From NCBI GenBank assembly GCA_041752975.1, contig JBGSVK010000048.1, positions 1 to 42,749 on the forward strand: DNA of 42,749 bases, in the 5' to 3' direction. This DNA comes from Minisyncoccia bacterium. GTDB lineage: Bacteria > Patescibacteriota > Minisyncoccia > Phycocordibacterales > UBA918. This document shows positions 42,647-42,749 of the stretch, in pieces. Both the position numbers and the translations under genes were made by a program. The notes under the pieces were generated by a model. The model was not told the origin of the DNA. It did no database searches and worked only from the letters and a program-made list of their open reading frames with translations. Positions within the stretch are counted from its first letter, which is position 1; each line of letters begins with the position of its first letter.

Positions 42647-42749
42647 AATTTCCGCTAAATCAAAGTATGTACTTAGGTAGGATTGAGGTAGCGGTTTCTC
42701 AAAATATGTCCCGCGAGATTTCTCGATTATTTTAAGCTCTGCTTCCAAG
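42632..42749 (-). CDS. 3-prime end of a gene entering from the right edge (partial, function unknown)
   Basis: An open frame from the window edge (...LEAELKIIEKSRGTYFEKPLPQSYLSTYFDLAEIKNSL) ends at TAG 42634-42632 inside the hairpin. It is absent from the ORF track because it has no start within the window. Confidence 0.4.
   Translation of the reverse strand, partial: LEAELKIIEKSRGTYFEKPLPQSYLSTYFDLAEIKNSL

Overview
This is a 42.7-kb, AT-rich (roughly 37-40% GC by eye), very tightly packed bacterial chromosomal segment made up mostly of housekeeping genes. The plus-strand block runs from about 0.4 to 24 kb. It holds grpE-dnaK-dnaJ, homospermidine synthase, a short accessory-looking stretch (two unknown membrane proteins, a SET-domain methyltransferase, a micro-ORF plus an orphan histidine kinase), trpS, tag, a T-box-controlled aspS, pepA, an HD hydrolase, scpA-scpB, a cell-wall block (DD-carboxypeptidase, mraY, ftsW, murG), gltX and an M23 peptidase. 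A 700-bp ORF-free gap follows. The minus-strand block then holds murI, an EVE-domain protein, a lytic transglycosylase, a ROK kinase, pgi, LOG, a DEDD exonuclease, YihY, cyclophilin, rplI and ctpA, with rpmA on the plus strand. The window ends with cysS, dnaB, recR, rplU, rmuC, a yqeY-like gene, truB and a glutaredoxin-DsbD fusion. I recognised no rRNA, tRNA, CRISPR array, transposase, integrase or defence-type gene cluster. Short housekeeping proteins, many 1-4 nt gene overlaps and rare Shine-Dalgarno sites fit a small-genome bacterium, possibly Patescibacteria/CPR-like, but that is inference only. I did not find a convincing novel multi-gene system. The most notable observations are: (1) a complete T-box attenuator with an Asp specifier in front of a GAD-domain-less aspS; (2) the 700-bp non-coding gap bounded by a 14-bp inverted repeat between convergent gene blocks; (3) a recurrent extended -10 box 6-10 nt upstream of ATG, implying widespread leaderless mRNAs and revising several ORF-track start codons; (4) two ~50-54% GC islands, one a decayed gene remnant and one a 98-aa orphan gene with a strong SD.
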